IMG/VR virus record: IMGVR_UViG_3300031329_000004
Source: an uncultured virus (IMG/VR IMGVR_UViG_3300031329_000004)
Taxonomy: Duplodnaviria; Heunggongvirae; Uroviricota; Caudoviricetes
DNA length: 64,000 nucleotides
Direction: 5' to 3' (one strand)
A program made the position numbers and the translations under genes. Under the pieces are notes generated by a model. The model ran no database searches. It saw nothing but the letters and a program-made list of their open reading frames with translations, and was not told the origin of the DNA. Shown in pieces: positions 49,993 through 62,397 of this stretch (its first letter is position 1; each line of letters starts with the position of its first letter).

Positions 49993-50442
49993 ATGAAAAC
50001 ATATCCTACTCAATTTGAAAAAAATAATCCTAAATATAAACCATGAGAATTATTCTGAAAAAACATCATACTCAAAGCTGTAAACTCTAAGATTGTTTAT
50101 ATTAAATGCTGAGAATGTTGATGTGAAATAAGAAGAAGAGCTGATAGATTATCTCATCAATATTGTAAATATTGTAGATATAAGTATGTGGCTTATGAAT
50201 ATATATATTGAATCCCAAGACATACTATAGCTGCAAGAGTAAATAAAAAATATTCAATTAATGAATGTTTATGACTTACTCCAAGATTCCATAGTTTACC
50301 AAAAGAAACATTTAATCAATATGACTTAAATTATTTATATAAAAATAATGAAAGTGAATATTGATTTACAAAAACACTTTGAATTAAGTGTGACATAAAA
50401 CATAAACTTATTTCTATAATAAATCTACCATGAGAGAAGTAA
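49993..50442 (+). CDS. Cys-rich (CxxC...CxxC) zinc-finger protein
   Basis: CGECGC...YCKYC, then an HTH-like YGIPRHTIAARVNK segment. Confidence 0.6.
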
Positions 50443-50687
50443 TACTTAAATCATTGTATCAATACTTTGAAGCATATGATGAAGACTCATTATACAATGA
50501 GGAATTTATGTTCTTTAATGAAGAACATAAACTTGTAACTATACAAATACATTCAGATGGAACACTAGACTATAGCACATACGAAGACTTTGATGCGCTT
50601 AATACATCTGAGAACATAGACTGATGAACTGTAGAGATGCAATCATCTCCTCATGCTACAGCACTTTATTTCTTAGATAATATATAA
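50430..50687 (+). CDS. Hypothetical protein
   Basis: Track ORF 50430 extended through TGA-TGA. Confidence 0.6.
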
Positions 50688-50688
50688 T

Positions 50689-50874
50689 ATGGAATCAACA
50701 CTATGGAAACTTACATTACACGACTGAAGAGTATTCAATGTTATATCTGAAAACAAAACTCAGAAAACTAAATTCCTCAGAAAGTATAACGAACTCAATA
50801 ATAAATGACTCGTGACTTCTATAGAAGAAACTTGTAACTGAATACATACCACGAAACAGTTCTTAGATCTTAAT
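50689..50874 (+). CDS. Hypothetical protein
   Basis: 61-aa code-25 ORF. Confidence 0.55.
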
Positions 50875-50890
50875 AAATTTTCAAAACATT

Positions 50891-51064
50891 ATGAAAACAA
50901 AAGTATATGTATGAAATAGAAGTCCTGACCATATATCAGAAGAAGCTTTTATAAGCAAAGCAGAAAGTCAATGAACAGTATATTCATTAGAATGATTTCA
51001 GAATGCATTTAATGCTGATGAAGTCAGTACTGAATTTCAATATATTTTAATTGCAACTAATTAA
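50891..51064 (+). CDS. Hypothetical protein
   Basis: FI.KAE.QGTVYSLEGFQ.AFN pattern, 57 aa. Confidence 0.6.
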
Positions 51065-51068
51065 TATC

Positions 51069-51914
51069 ATGACACAACAACAATTAGTTATTGATGCAGT
51101 GACTTGAGAAGAAAAATCTGTAAAGCAGATTGCATCTGAAACAAACATACTCGAACCTAACATTAGACGAATACTTGGAACTGGTACAAAGACTTGAATC
51201 TTTGAACGAATAGCTCCAGGTATTTATACTATTACGATTGGTGACAAAACTAAATGTATCATCAAATGCTGAGATGCATTACAAGAAATAAAGAAATTAT
51301 CCAAAGCACCATACAAATTTGATATGGTGTTTTTAGATATTCCTTACAAAACAGCAGCAGTAACTTGAGGTAACCGATGAGTAAAATACGATCTTATTAC
51401 TCAAGATCAATTCGATGAATTTCTTCATGACTTAAAACAAGTCATCACTCCTACTACTCATGTGTATCATATGTATAGCAATGCTCCATCTTGATGGAAA
51501 CAAATGAAAGCTTACAATGATTCCTTTGAGAAGAGATGATTCAAACTTCAGAAGCAATGAGGATGGCAGAAGCTCTACAAGAACTGAAAGCCTTGCTCTA
51601 ATATGCGCTGAGAAATCATGAAGCGAGAATGACTTGCATTATATTCCCTCGAAGATATAGATACTTCTATATTAGAAATGGACTATGAATCTACTAGACC
51701 TCGAACAGCATCTGAAAAATGTAGTGACATGATACGCTCACTCATCACTCAGTCTACGAAAGTAGGTCAAAGAATACTAGACCCTTTCGCAGGAACTTGA
51801 GTTGTCTGAGAGCAAGCTTTAAATGCTTCTCGTAATGCAATGCTATTTGAGAAATCAATAGACCGAGTAAAGAATGAAATACTTCCAAGACTTACTAAAA
51901 TATTTTCTAAGTAA
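51069..51914 (+). CDS. Beta-class N6-adenine/N4-cytosine DNA methyltransferase with N-terminal wHTH
   Basis: GDAL, FDMVFLDIPY (motif IV variant), EK...LI..ST..G..ILDPFAGTG; N-terminal SVKQIASET.ILEPNIRRILG...FERIAPGIY. Confidence 0.88.
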
Positions 51915-51920
51915 ATATTC

Positions 51921-52220
51921 ATGAAATATACAATAATAGATCTTCAAGTTCAAAATGATTTATGATTACCAGAATATAGTTTAAGAGATGTAGTTGAAAG
52001 ATTGTTATCATTCCACTCCATCGATAACGATATGTCTTTATGGGATATCTATACACTTCTTGATAATTGATGGGCTATAACATCTTATGCTCATTTCCAT
52101 AAACACTATACATGGCAACCAGACCTTACTTATAAGCTATTAAAAAAATACAAACAATGAAAGTGAGCAAGACAATTTAAAAAATTAGCAAAGAAATATA
52201 CAAAACTTTATTACTTTTAA
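51921..52220 (+). CDS. Hypothetical protein
   Basis: Code-25 ORF. Confidence 0.55.
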
Positions 52221-52412
52221 TTATATACTATGCAAACATACATATTTAATTTCACATCTAACTCTACAAAGAGTTAGATAATGGTGACTACACTGACGAG
52301 CTATACAGAGGTGCAGAATTAGACATTGATTCTGTAAGTCGTCCTTGATACTAGATTTATTCTTTGAATAAATAAAAAACTCCTTTGTATTTTATATCTC
52401 TAATTATTTATT

Positions 52413-53294
52413 ATGTTACAACAAATTGTACACAAACTTGAAAGCTCATATGAATTATGTTACACCGATTACAATGATCACTTTCAAGATTCACCAAACG
52501 AAATACAGAAATGTATTGAGAATAAAAGTCCTGATCACTTGTATGAGAATAATGATTGGAGATATAACGACCAACATGAATCAGCTCATCAAGTTATAGA
52601 AGATTTAGATCTCAATGAAGCAGAGCAAGAATGGATAGATGATCCAGATAATCGTAGTGAAGTTATGGATGCTATTCATGATAGAGATAGTTCATCTCCT
52701 ATTCAAGATATGCTCGATAGAACAGACTTACCTGCTAGGCTTATGCTCTTTAGTAATTATGATGTTATGAACTCTAATTACTATCTTACTCAATCATGAT
52801 GATATGAATACGATGACATATTCAAACAAATAGTAGATGCTTTAAATCTTAATCCTTTCAAGTTATTACAACATATATGAGAATATATACTTGACTGATC
52901 TGAATGGCCAAACATTCCAGATCGTGACGGAAATGAATATGTAAGTTATGAAGACTTTGTATCAGAGCTTAATGAATCTATTGGAAGTTGTAATCAACTT
53001 ACATTTTTATGAGTACTAAATGCATGAGACATATCTTATAAAGATGAGTGAGAATACTACACAGTCACTATACCCAAGTGAAACTCGTGTGGATTATTCG
53101 ATCATTGTACTGGCTCATGATCTATGCTTGACTGTACATTACTCAGAGACTTTACTGTCACTCTCGACAAGTGACTTGAATCAGAGTATGACTTCTATAA
53201 ACTTATAGTAGATAGCTCTGATACAGGTTATGGTATCGATAAAACTTATGGACTCACAAGAGAAGCTTGGTGAGATAATATTTCTTTAACATAA
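52413..53294 (+). CDS. Acidic conserved phage hypothetical protein
   Basis: 293 aa; track ORF 52413 extended; PKGNSCGLFD...GSGS and YGIDKTYG. Confidence 0.75.
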
Positions 53295-53300
53295 ATTATT

Positions 53301-54273
53301 ATGAGTTATATATACTCACTACAACTTCCAGAATGACAAGAGCAAAATCAATGTATACATGAGCTATGAATTAGTAAACAACTTTATAATGTAGAATATA
53401 ATATATTCAATGAATCAATTAAATCATATTTAATGGAAGAAGCTCTTGATAAATACTCAATTCATTTTCCAGAAATATTATTTACTATACTTGTAGAGCA
53501 TGAACTCGCTGATAAAGATGATAATCTTTCAGTTATATACTGAATCAATGGAGAATCTTATGAAGCTGAAGCTGAAATAATAATTGCATATCCCGACTTC
53601 GATTCTACTTTACTTTTATAAATATATTATTATGGATAAAAAATACCAGGTACTTATAAATCAATTAATTCAATGACATCATCTCGAACCAAAAGAGTTT
53701 GATGATTTAAGATTATATCTTGAGTCTCATATCAGAACTATAGATATAAGAAAAAAGAATGAACTCTGAATAGAACCAGAGTTAAATCCATTCTCAAAAA
53801 TAGAACAAAAAATACAATCTCAAATAGAAGATGTAAATCAAATGGATGAAGATGAACCTTGAGAATATTTATACTCTCAATATATCGATGAGCTTTGTAT
53901 ACAAGATCAAGAAGAATGAATGAGTCCATTAGAAGCTATTGATAGATTCGATAGTAACGAAATAGATTTTAATATCTGATTCGAGAAATGATATATTCAG
54001 TGAATGAGAGAGATGCTTAAATTATTTAATAAATAAAATCATATGGCTACACTAGCAAATCTTGCAGATGAATTAGAATTACCAGTAGATGAATATCTAG
54101 ACTGGGTAGTAAATCTATACATAAACTGAAACAAAAAAGAATTCATTAAAGACTTTGCAGAAGTCTGTGCTTGCTGATGATACGAAGACTTCATGGATAA
54201 TCTATGAAACTTCTGACCAGAAACACAAATGAAAATTCTTAAAGCAATAGTAGAATTTACTTATAATTCTTAA
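53301..54273 (+). CDS. Three small hypothetical genes (53301-53621, 53632-54036, 54043-54273)
   Basis: Tandem code-25 ORFs with AT-rich leaders. Confidence 0.6.
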
Positions 54274-54282
54274 TAAACTATT

Positions 54283-54516
54283 ATGGATAAAAATTGATAT
54301 GCATCCTCTTGGCATGTATCAAATGCTGCTCAAGTTAAATTCTGTGAGGATAATAAATGCCCACATTTTGCTCCTTATAATAATTGTTATTCTTGCAATA
54401 ATAGCATTTATTCTCCTCTTACTAGAAATGGAAAGATTACTTGAGTGACATTAAAAAAAGCTACTGAAGAATTAATAACTTCATGTCCTCATTGCAACAG
54501 AAGCTACTGTGATTAA
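54283..54516 (+). CDS. Small zinc-finger phage protein
   Basis: PHFAP...CYSC...LITSCPHCNRSYCD. Confidence 0.75.
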
Positions 54517-54533
54517 TTCTTAACTAAATTACT

Positions 54534-55220
54534 ATGCAATATCAAGTAATACAAATAGAACATTCAAATAGATTTTGAGATGTTTATACAATTAAATGAA
54601 TATTTGATTCATTTAATCCTGCAAGAGAATTAATGAAAAGTTTATATGATAATTATATATCATATAACAAAATGTCTGACGATACAAATTATGATAATAC
54701 ATCTTGAGTTTCTTGTACTCATCTAGTTGAATGAGAAAACTGATGAAGAACTCCAGATCAAACATACAAAGTTGTAGAATTAGATTTCGAAATGAATCAG
54801 CCTTGTGAAATTAATATATCTGATTAATTAAAACATATGAAACAATTTATATGAGACTGTACTAACAGTCCATTCGAAGATGCAGATACATTATCTGATA
54901 TAGTAGATAAAGCAGTAGAAATAACTCCTAGAGAATTTCTACTTGAATGTGAAATAGATAGCAAAGAAATACTCACAGACATAATAGTTTACTGAAGTCC
55001 TAGCTATACATTCTATAAAAGCTGAGATACATATTTTTATATGTGGTCAGCTATAGAATTTTTATATCAATAAAAAAATATTACCATGAAAGATTTAGAC
55101 CAGTTAATAAAAGATGGTATGTTTAATACCTGTTGAATATATACATGAGACATGGCTATCACTCATCCAACTATTTATATTAAAAATAGAATATTAAGAT
55201 TATTAGACATCAAGTCTTAA
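54534..55220 (+). CDS. Small hypothetical genes (54534-54827, 54837-55073, 55086-55220)
   Basis: Tandem code-25 ORFs. Confidence 0.55.
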
Positions 55221-55260
55221 TAATAAATAACATATAATTATAATTTATAAAGATATTACT

Positions 55261-55650
55261 ATGACAACTTGAGAAACATTTATGCCACCCGAAATACAAA
55301 ACAAGAAAATTGTTCTTGATGATTTAGCAAAGATGGAATTTAATATTAAAGAAATTTACTGACTCATTGCTAGAACAATGATAGCTATGAGTTGGGGAAT
55401 TAATTCTCCTGCTAATTATAGAGACAGAGTTTTATTCTTTAAAGTACAATGATTTTTACTCAAGGGATATGTTTATATCTCTCTTGAATATGATGATACA
55501 TTCACTGTATACTTTACTAAGAAAGATAAAGTCTCAGTGATACGAATAGTTAAATGAGTTTATATAGATCAACTCATAGATATTATAGATCACTATGTAG
55601 AAAAAAATGTTAGTGACGAAGAGTATAAAAAACTTATTTCCAATATATAA
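55261..55650 (+). CDS. Conserved phage hypothetical protein
   Basis: MSWG...FKVQG...KGYVYI.L.YDDTFTV...GVY.DQL..IID..VE pattern recurrent in phage early regions. Confidence 0.7.
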
Positions 55651-55655
55651 ACATT

Positions 55656-56931
55656 ATGAAAACATGGAATGAAAATATGCTAGAGATAGCTATAGGACAA
55701 TGACTTACATCCTCTAATAGAGATGTAAGAACTACAAGTATAGATGCTTTTAAATCTCCTCACTTTAAAGATTGTATTAATAAATATCTCTGATCTAAAT
55801 GATTCCCTCAAATGAATTTAGATTCATGGAAAGATACTGTTGATAAAAATTTTGATGACTCAGTATATTATTCTGAGCTTCAAGATTTTGCATATAAGTT
55901 ATTAGATGCATGACTTCAAATACTTTGACCTAAAAGATCAAACAAACAAACTTGGATAACATTCACAGATTGAACTAACATATGATATGTTCAAGCAGAA
56001 TACTCTTGGTATGCATATAGTTTAAATTGTATTCCTAGTCGTAACACATGAAACTGATTCAGAGTAATAGACAATGCATGACTTACTATTGCAGAAGCAA
56101 AACAATGTCTTGCATCTAGACATCTATCTAACACCTTTGTTTATGATTACAATCCTGAATATTATTCTTCTATAGAATCTTATATAGAAACAAGCCGAAG
56201 AAGATCATGGAAAAATTATGGTTACATACATCGTGACGAAGTAAAACAATTTATTAAATAAATTATTATTATGCTAGATCAAATTAAAAAAGAACTTAAA
56301 AAAGTTTTATGAAGATCAATAGAACATTGAGTTATTAGATATACTATATCTGAAGATAAAGAAAAATATCTTACTATAGAATATCATGATAGAAATACTT
56401 ATACTCCATCTAAAGATTGACACACATGGAAAACATTATGTTCTACTCCATTGTTCGTTAGAAAATGAGAACTTGAATTGTGATATGAGTATGTAAATAA
56501 ATATCCATCTATAGACAAACTTATAGATTGGATAGTATTTATTCTTGTAGATAAAATGCTATCATATAGTCAAGATGTAAACTGAATCCTAGATGAATAT
56601 ATCTTAACTAAAAAGTAATAAAATGAATAGAGAAACACAAGCATTACTCTGTGAACTATGTGTGACTATCTGAAGATCAAAACATTCTAATACATTTACT
56701 GAACTGACTACAATACAGTTACTCGTTTTCTACGAGTATGTATTAGAAGTTTGTATCAAAGATACAAAACTAAAAACACTACAATCAATCTATGACTTCG
56801 TCAACAGTTGAGATATATTAGAATTATTTGCCAGACTTAAAAAAGAAATTAAGGACTGACAAAAACTACTTACTACCTGGAAAGATATTCCTAAAAAAAA
56901 TAAAAAGCTAGACAAGTTGTTACAACCTTAA
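55656..56931 (+). CDS. Three hypothetical genes (55656-56261, 56271-56618, 56623-56931)
   Basis: Tandem code-25 ORFs. Confidence 0.6.
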
Positions 56932-57014
56932 TACAATAAACCTAGCAATAGAAGTAATCTAAACTTTTTTCAAAAGTTAAAATATACTTATAGTTTATTT
57001 CTTAACATATATTT

Positions 57015-57740
57015 ATGCCACCAGATAAATTTTCTAAATTTTCTGTTTGAGACTTGATAGTATATCAAGATGACTATTGAGTAATAGAAGCTATACATAC
57101 TCACTATATGAGAGTTTCACATAATACTCTTTGAAAAAGAAACTTTATATGAAGAGATACTCCCGATATATGCATACACATAAAAGTGAATAGTATGGTT
57201 AGATCTTTTTGATGATCACTACATTATATACTTAAACCCTGATTAAAATTAGAAATACTTAATTCTTTTTCACAACTTATATTAAGACTTGAAGATATAT
57301 ATGATATAGAAGTTGTTTCAAAATCTAATTGAGATTCTACTCCTGTAGCACACCCTTTAAATACTAAACCTATTACACCCATGACTAATTTTATACAACA
57401 AAAAAAGAAAGATGATTTCTTAAATAGTAAAGCTAAAATCAATAAGGTAGAAAAAATATCTAATGAACTAGATGCTTCTACTAAACTTGTTCGTGAAGCT
57501 CGAAGATCACTAGAACATATTGAAGATAAAATGAATTATCTTGTTCAACAAAAAGAAAGCGCTATTAACAACTCAGATATTGATACTCTTGAGAATCTTA
57601 TCTTGGATATTCCAGAGATATTAAATACTCTTGATACAGAGATATTAAAATCATTTGTTAAAGATCTTGTAAAGACTCCATCTGTTAAATCTAAAAGAGA
57701 TACAGAATCTCCTAGAGAATATTTTTGACTCAAAGATTAA
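57015..57740 (+). CDS. Hypothetical protein with C-terminal coiled coil
   Basis: Contains track ORF 57381; followed by a terminator. Confidence 0.65.
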
Positions 57741-57744
57741 TTAT

Positions 57745-57779
57745 AAAAAGCCTACGATAATACTTAGGCTTTTTATTTT
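57745..57779 (+). terminator. Intrinsic terminator
   Basis: aaaaagccta...taggcttttt followed by a T-rich run. Confidence 0.75.
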
Positions 57780-57808
57780 ACATTAATTTATTATTAAAAC
57801 ATAAACAC

Positions 57809-59143
57809 ATGACTAAAAAATTACTACTATTTATTCTTGTTATCATATTAATCCTATGAGTATTTACTTATATGGATTATACATCTCTAGATTCACAGAT
57901 CGCAAGAGCTGATGATACTAGAAAAGAAGTTGCTGAATCTTTAGCTTACACTATTCATATAGATAGTTTAAAGAACTCAGACTCTGAAGCTTTAATCTCA
58001 TTAGAGCAACAAGCTATACAAGAGAGAAACATTGAGATTAAAAACAATCAATGATGTATGGCTGCTAACTATGCACTCAAAGGTACGACAATCGCTCCTG
58101 TGAGTTGTGACGAAACATTAGGTATGTTATATCCTAGTGAATTATTCTATACATTTAAAGTATCAGATAATCCTGTTATATCACAACATGAAGAAAATCA
58201 TTTTCATAAATGAGCATGATGAATGTTAGCAACAGATATAGCAACATCATTCTGACAAGCAGAACAATTCGCTCTAGATTATTTCTGAGAAGTAAAAGCA
58301 TATACAGTTCGATCATTTCAAAATGAATGTGTTGATGATATACTAGATGATTTTTATCCTAATGAATCTCAAGGTTGTAAAAACTGGAAGACTCATTTAT
58401 GAAATCATATAGAATTATCATTCAATCATAAATGAGAAGATATGAAATTTGTACTGTGACACATCGATAGTAAACTCTCTGATGGTGACATAGTCTTTAC
58501 AGGACAAAAGATCTGACAGACTAATGTAACAGGTACTACAACAGGCCATCATGTTCATATAGAACTATGGTCTTGAAAACATAACATATCATACTCAGTA
58601 AGAAATAAAGAATTACTAGAATCAAGAAGTGCAGATCCAATTAAAAAAGAGACAACAACTTCTACTGAATCTACTAATGATTTTACTTATACTCCTATCG
58701 TTGGTGACGGAAACTTATCACCAGACTCTCAGAAATATAAAGATGCATGAGAAAAATATGGTATAGATTGGAGAATGATTTCAGCAATACATTGTACTGA
58801 AACATTTGATATCAAAGCTAAGAGTTGTAGCAGACATACTAAATCACCAACATCATCAGCATGAGCGCAATGATGTATGCAATTTATGCCAAAGACTTGG
58901 ACTTGATGGTTAGCATCTAGTACATGATACTGAGTAGATGGTGACTGAGACTGAGTAGCAGATATACATAACTGTATGGATGGTATACATTCTGCTGCAA
59001 ACAAACTCTCATCAAATTATAACAAGTTCATATCTGAATGAAGTACTCCAGAACAAGCAAGATGGAAAGCATACAGACAATACAATCATGCAAATTGGTA
59101 TGCAGATCGTGCAGCTAATATCTTTAATACTTTAACAAAATAA
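57809..59143 (+). CDS. Membrane-anchored dual peptidoglycan hydrolase: TM + coiled coil + M23 peptidase + lytic transglycosylase (SLT)
   Basis: N-terminal TM IFILVIILILGVF; M23 motifs H....ATDI, GNHI, LGH, GQKIG..NVTGTTTGHHVHIE; SLT motifs IDWRMISAIHCTET, AGAQGCMQFMPKTW, DGDGDG, YNHANWY. Confidence 0.88.
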
Positions 59144-59148
59144 TTCTT

Positions 59149-59674
59149 ATGTTACAACTAGAAGCAGACAAAGATTGTTTTGATACAGTCATAGCATTGA
59201 AGCATGAGATACAAGCTATAGCTTCTATCTATCAGAATGATTGAGAAGTAAACCTAACTCAAATGCTTAATCATAATCAAAAGATTATGGATGTTATGAC
59301 TACTCTATCATCAATGAAGTTTAGCTTAAAAGAAATCAAAGCAGAAACAAATAATTTTTTATCTTCTAATATATAATGATGAAACAATTAATATTTATAA
59401 AACATAAAGATCCATTCAAAGGAAGACAAACTCTTCCTGTAAATGTAAACTGAAAAATAATTCATAACAAATAATTATGAAAGATATTTTTAATATAAAA
59501 AAAACTCCTGCTACTACTGAAGCAATAAACAAACTCATTACTAAATGGACTAATCTATTGCTTAAGTATGAAACAATGAAAGTTCCAATACAAAATAAGA
59601 CACCTTCAAAATGAAGAGTGTCTGTACCTGTAAATATATTTAAGAACTGAAAGCTTATTCAAATAAATAAATAG
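59149..59674 (+). CDS. Three small hypothetical genes (59149-59376, ~59376-59474, 59477-59674)
   Basis: Tandem code-25 ORFs; the last two share a KGR...PVN..NGK.I ending. Confidence 0.5.
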
Positions 59675-59695
59675 TTATGAAACTCTAATAACTAT

Positions 59696-59723
59696 TTGCT
59701 TTTAAACATACTCCGATTATTAT
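59696..59723 (+). promoter_or_regulatory. Sigma70-like promoter
   Basis: TTGCTT-N16-TATTAT. Confidence 0.55.
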
Positions 59724-59751
59724 ATATCAGTATATTATAACAACCTATACT

Positions 59752-60075
59752 ATGAATGATGTATATGAAATTCAATTGATTGTAGGAAAGAACATCTCTA
59801 CTAAAAACATTGCAGACAATAATGTATCTATCTTCGTAAGTATTCCAACAAACCTATATAATGTTATACATAAATATGTAAACAAAGTTTTGGAATTACA
59901 TCTTACTAAGTGAGGTACATCTTTTATATTGAACTGCAATATTAATAATGATGGATCTACTCCTATAATGTACAATGCAAAAGAATGACATTGAGTTTTA
60001 AAACTTGATGTAATACTAGAAGATAAAATGGTACTATGATATATAGTATCATCTGATTTATTCCTTAAGATATAA
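59752..60075 (+). CDS. Hypothetical protein
   Basis: 107-aa code-25 ORF. Confidence 0.6.
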
Positions 60076-60080
60076 TCCTT

Positions 60081-60596
60081 ATGTGATATTATACTAAGCA
60101 TGAAATAGATTTGACTCCAGAACAAGAATGTAAAAAAGATCAGTATCTTAAAGAGATAGAAATAATCTCTTGATACTTCAATCCTTTTGAAAATGTATGT
60201 AAATGGTATGAAAGATCTACTGATATGTGTGCATTCTCTCTACTACATCCAGAAGAAGTATTTACTATCTACTGACATTGAGAAGAAGACTTAGATAAAT
60301 GGATAGCATACTATCATAATTGAAATGAACAACAAGAGAAAGCAGAAATATCTATAGTATATCCTGAATATAATTCTGATAAGCTACTCAATGTAGATTC
60401 TACTTCAATGAATAGAACTGTTAAGCAGGCTCTCAAAGATTATAATACTATAGTCAATTCATCTATGACTCTTGAAGTTCATAAGACAGTTACACACCAA
60501 ACTTATAAGTGTACTAAATGTTTAAAAACATTCTCCGAAGACGATGTAGAAGTTCAATGAAGATGTCCTAAATGTTTTGAAGATAATAATTCCTAA
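60081..60596 (+). CDS. Conserved phage protein (MGYYT...KWY...GHGEE..D.W) with C-terminal zinc ribbon
   Basis: Family pattern plus CTKC...CPKC. Confidence 0.7.
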
Positions 60597-60609
60597 TCAT
60601 ATAATCCTT

Positions 60610-62025
60610 ATGATCAAATCTATAAAGATAGATTACCCAGAATACTGAGTCAAAGTATCAGAAACATTCTGACCTTGAGTCAATGTATTAGAAAAACCTA
60701 ATGGATATGGTAAGACTATAATCCTTAGAACTATTCTCTCTGCATACTCTGGAACATTCATATGATCTAGAACTCTTCCATCTGGAAGTGCTGAGATAAT
60801 CCTAGACGACAAGACTCTTATGATGTCTAAGTCTATGTGGATTGGAATAGACAAAGTGAATGCTATAGCAAAACATATAATGCCTTGAGCATTTATGGAT
60901 CTCTCTACTCCAGAACAAAGGAAGACTATTGTAGATCTCTTAGAGATAGATAGACTCTGATTCTTATCCTCAGCTTTTGATTGATTCTTATCAGCAAAAG
61001 GTGTATGAGAAAAACAAGAAGATGGTAGTATCATTACTACTATCAAATACTCTGACACTCTTGCTAAAGAAACAAAGCAATCTATTGCTGAATCTAAATG
61101 AAAAGAAGATCAGCTTCTCTCAGATATTACTAGGCTTCAATGAAATATTAACTCATTCAAAAAGAAAGAGTTTAAAGACATTGATAACTATAATATCTTT
61201 GAACAAGAAGTAGTAAGACAATGGTCCGAACTTGTATCTGGCCATCAAGAGAATGTAAGAAAATCTAACTCAGATAAATCTTTATTAGAATCTAATAAAG
61301 CTGCATTACTCAAAGAGTATTCTGTATTACAATCTCAACTTAATGGAACATGTCCTACATGTAATCAATCTATAGATGTAGATACTACAGCTATTAACTC
61401 TAAGATAGATCAGAATATTACAGAGTGAAAAGAGATCGCAGATAAACTTAGTAAGTTTAAAACTCTTGATGCTCTTCCTATTCTTAATACCTTAGAAGAG
61501 AAAGCTAAACATCTAGCAATGGAGATTCCTAAGAAACCTGCAGAAGCTAGATATACTGAGCAACATGATTATAATAATCAATTGCAATCTCAGAAGTTTA
61601 CCAATGAAGAACTTGAACTTAAGAAGAAAGATCTTCGTGAACTATGAGAACTAGATAATCAAGCTGTACTAGATTGTATAGATAGAGCTCAGAAAGAATT
61701 CACTAAAACTCTTGAAAAGAAAATCTCATCACTCTGATTAGAGATTGAATTATTCAAGACTCAAAAGAATGGTACAGTTAAAGAAACATTCAATGTATCT
61801 TTAGATGGTAAACCATACTCAGAACTCTCTCAATGAAATAAGATTATCTTACAAGTAAAGATGGCTCTTGTATTCATTAAGAAGTTATGACTAGACTTCA
61901 TGCTCATTGATGAAGCAGGTACACTAGGACAAGAATCATTTGATATGATTGTTAAAGCTTGTAGTGAATTAGATTCTAATATCCAAATCATTGCAATGCG
62001 ACCACCATACTTCAAAGTAAAATAA
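60610..62025 (+). CDS. SbcC/Rad50-like ABC ATPase with zinc hook (copy 2)
   Basis: KPNGYGKT, CPTC, YSELSQGNK, MLIDEAG. Confidence 0.85.
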
Positions 62026-62070
62026 TCTTTAATCATTCTAAGTCTACAAAATTATTGAGTAGATACATAG

Positions 62071-62106
62071 AGGGCAAGTATAATTACTTGTCCTTTATTT
62101 TATTTA
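62071..62106 (+). terminator. Intrinsic terminator
   Basis: agggcaagta-taat-tacttgtcct followed by ttattttattt. Confidence 0.75.
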
Positions 62107-62196
62107 TTAAATATTCTATTATGAATGACATAGAAATATACAATGAGTATGGTCTATTAAAAGACTGAGTATCTTATTTTAATAATCATATCTAAT

Positions 62197-62391
62197 ATGA
62201 AAGTACAAATACTAACAGAATATCATCTTAAAAAAGTAATAGATACATTTAGTCCTTTAGGATTATTCTATGCTTATATAGATTGATCATGGATCTGAGT
62301 AGATAATTCTACTGCAGATTCTTGGACCGAAGAATTCCAATCAAAACAAGAATGTCTTGATTGGCTTCTTGAAGAACATCCTATTTATAAA
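62197..62391 (+). CDS. Conserved small phage protein
   Basis: WIGVDNSTADSWTEEF...CLDWL. Confidence 0.7.
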
Positions 62392-62397
62392 ACTATT

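Noticed and set aside
49738..50013. 91-aa minus-strand ORF over the small transcription unit
   Set aside because: Promoter, SD-like site and terminator polarity all indicate + strand transcription; the ORF has no motifs.
52230..52354. Frameshifted gene remnant or programmed frameshift
   Set aside because: The ATG frame stops at 52275 and the alternative frame stops at 52352. Too short and featureless to call without homologues.
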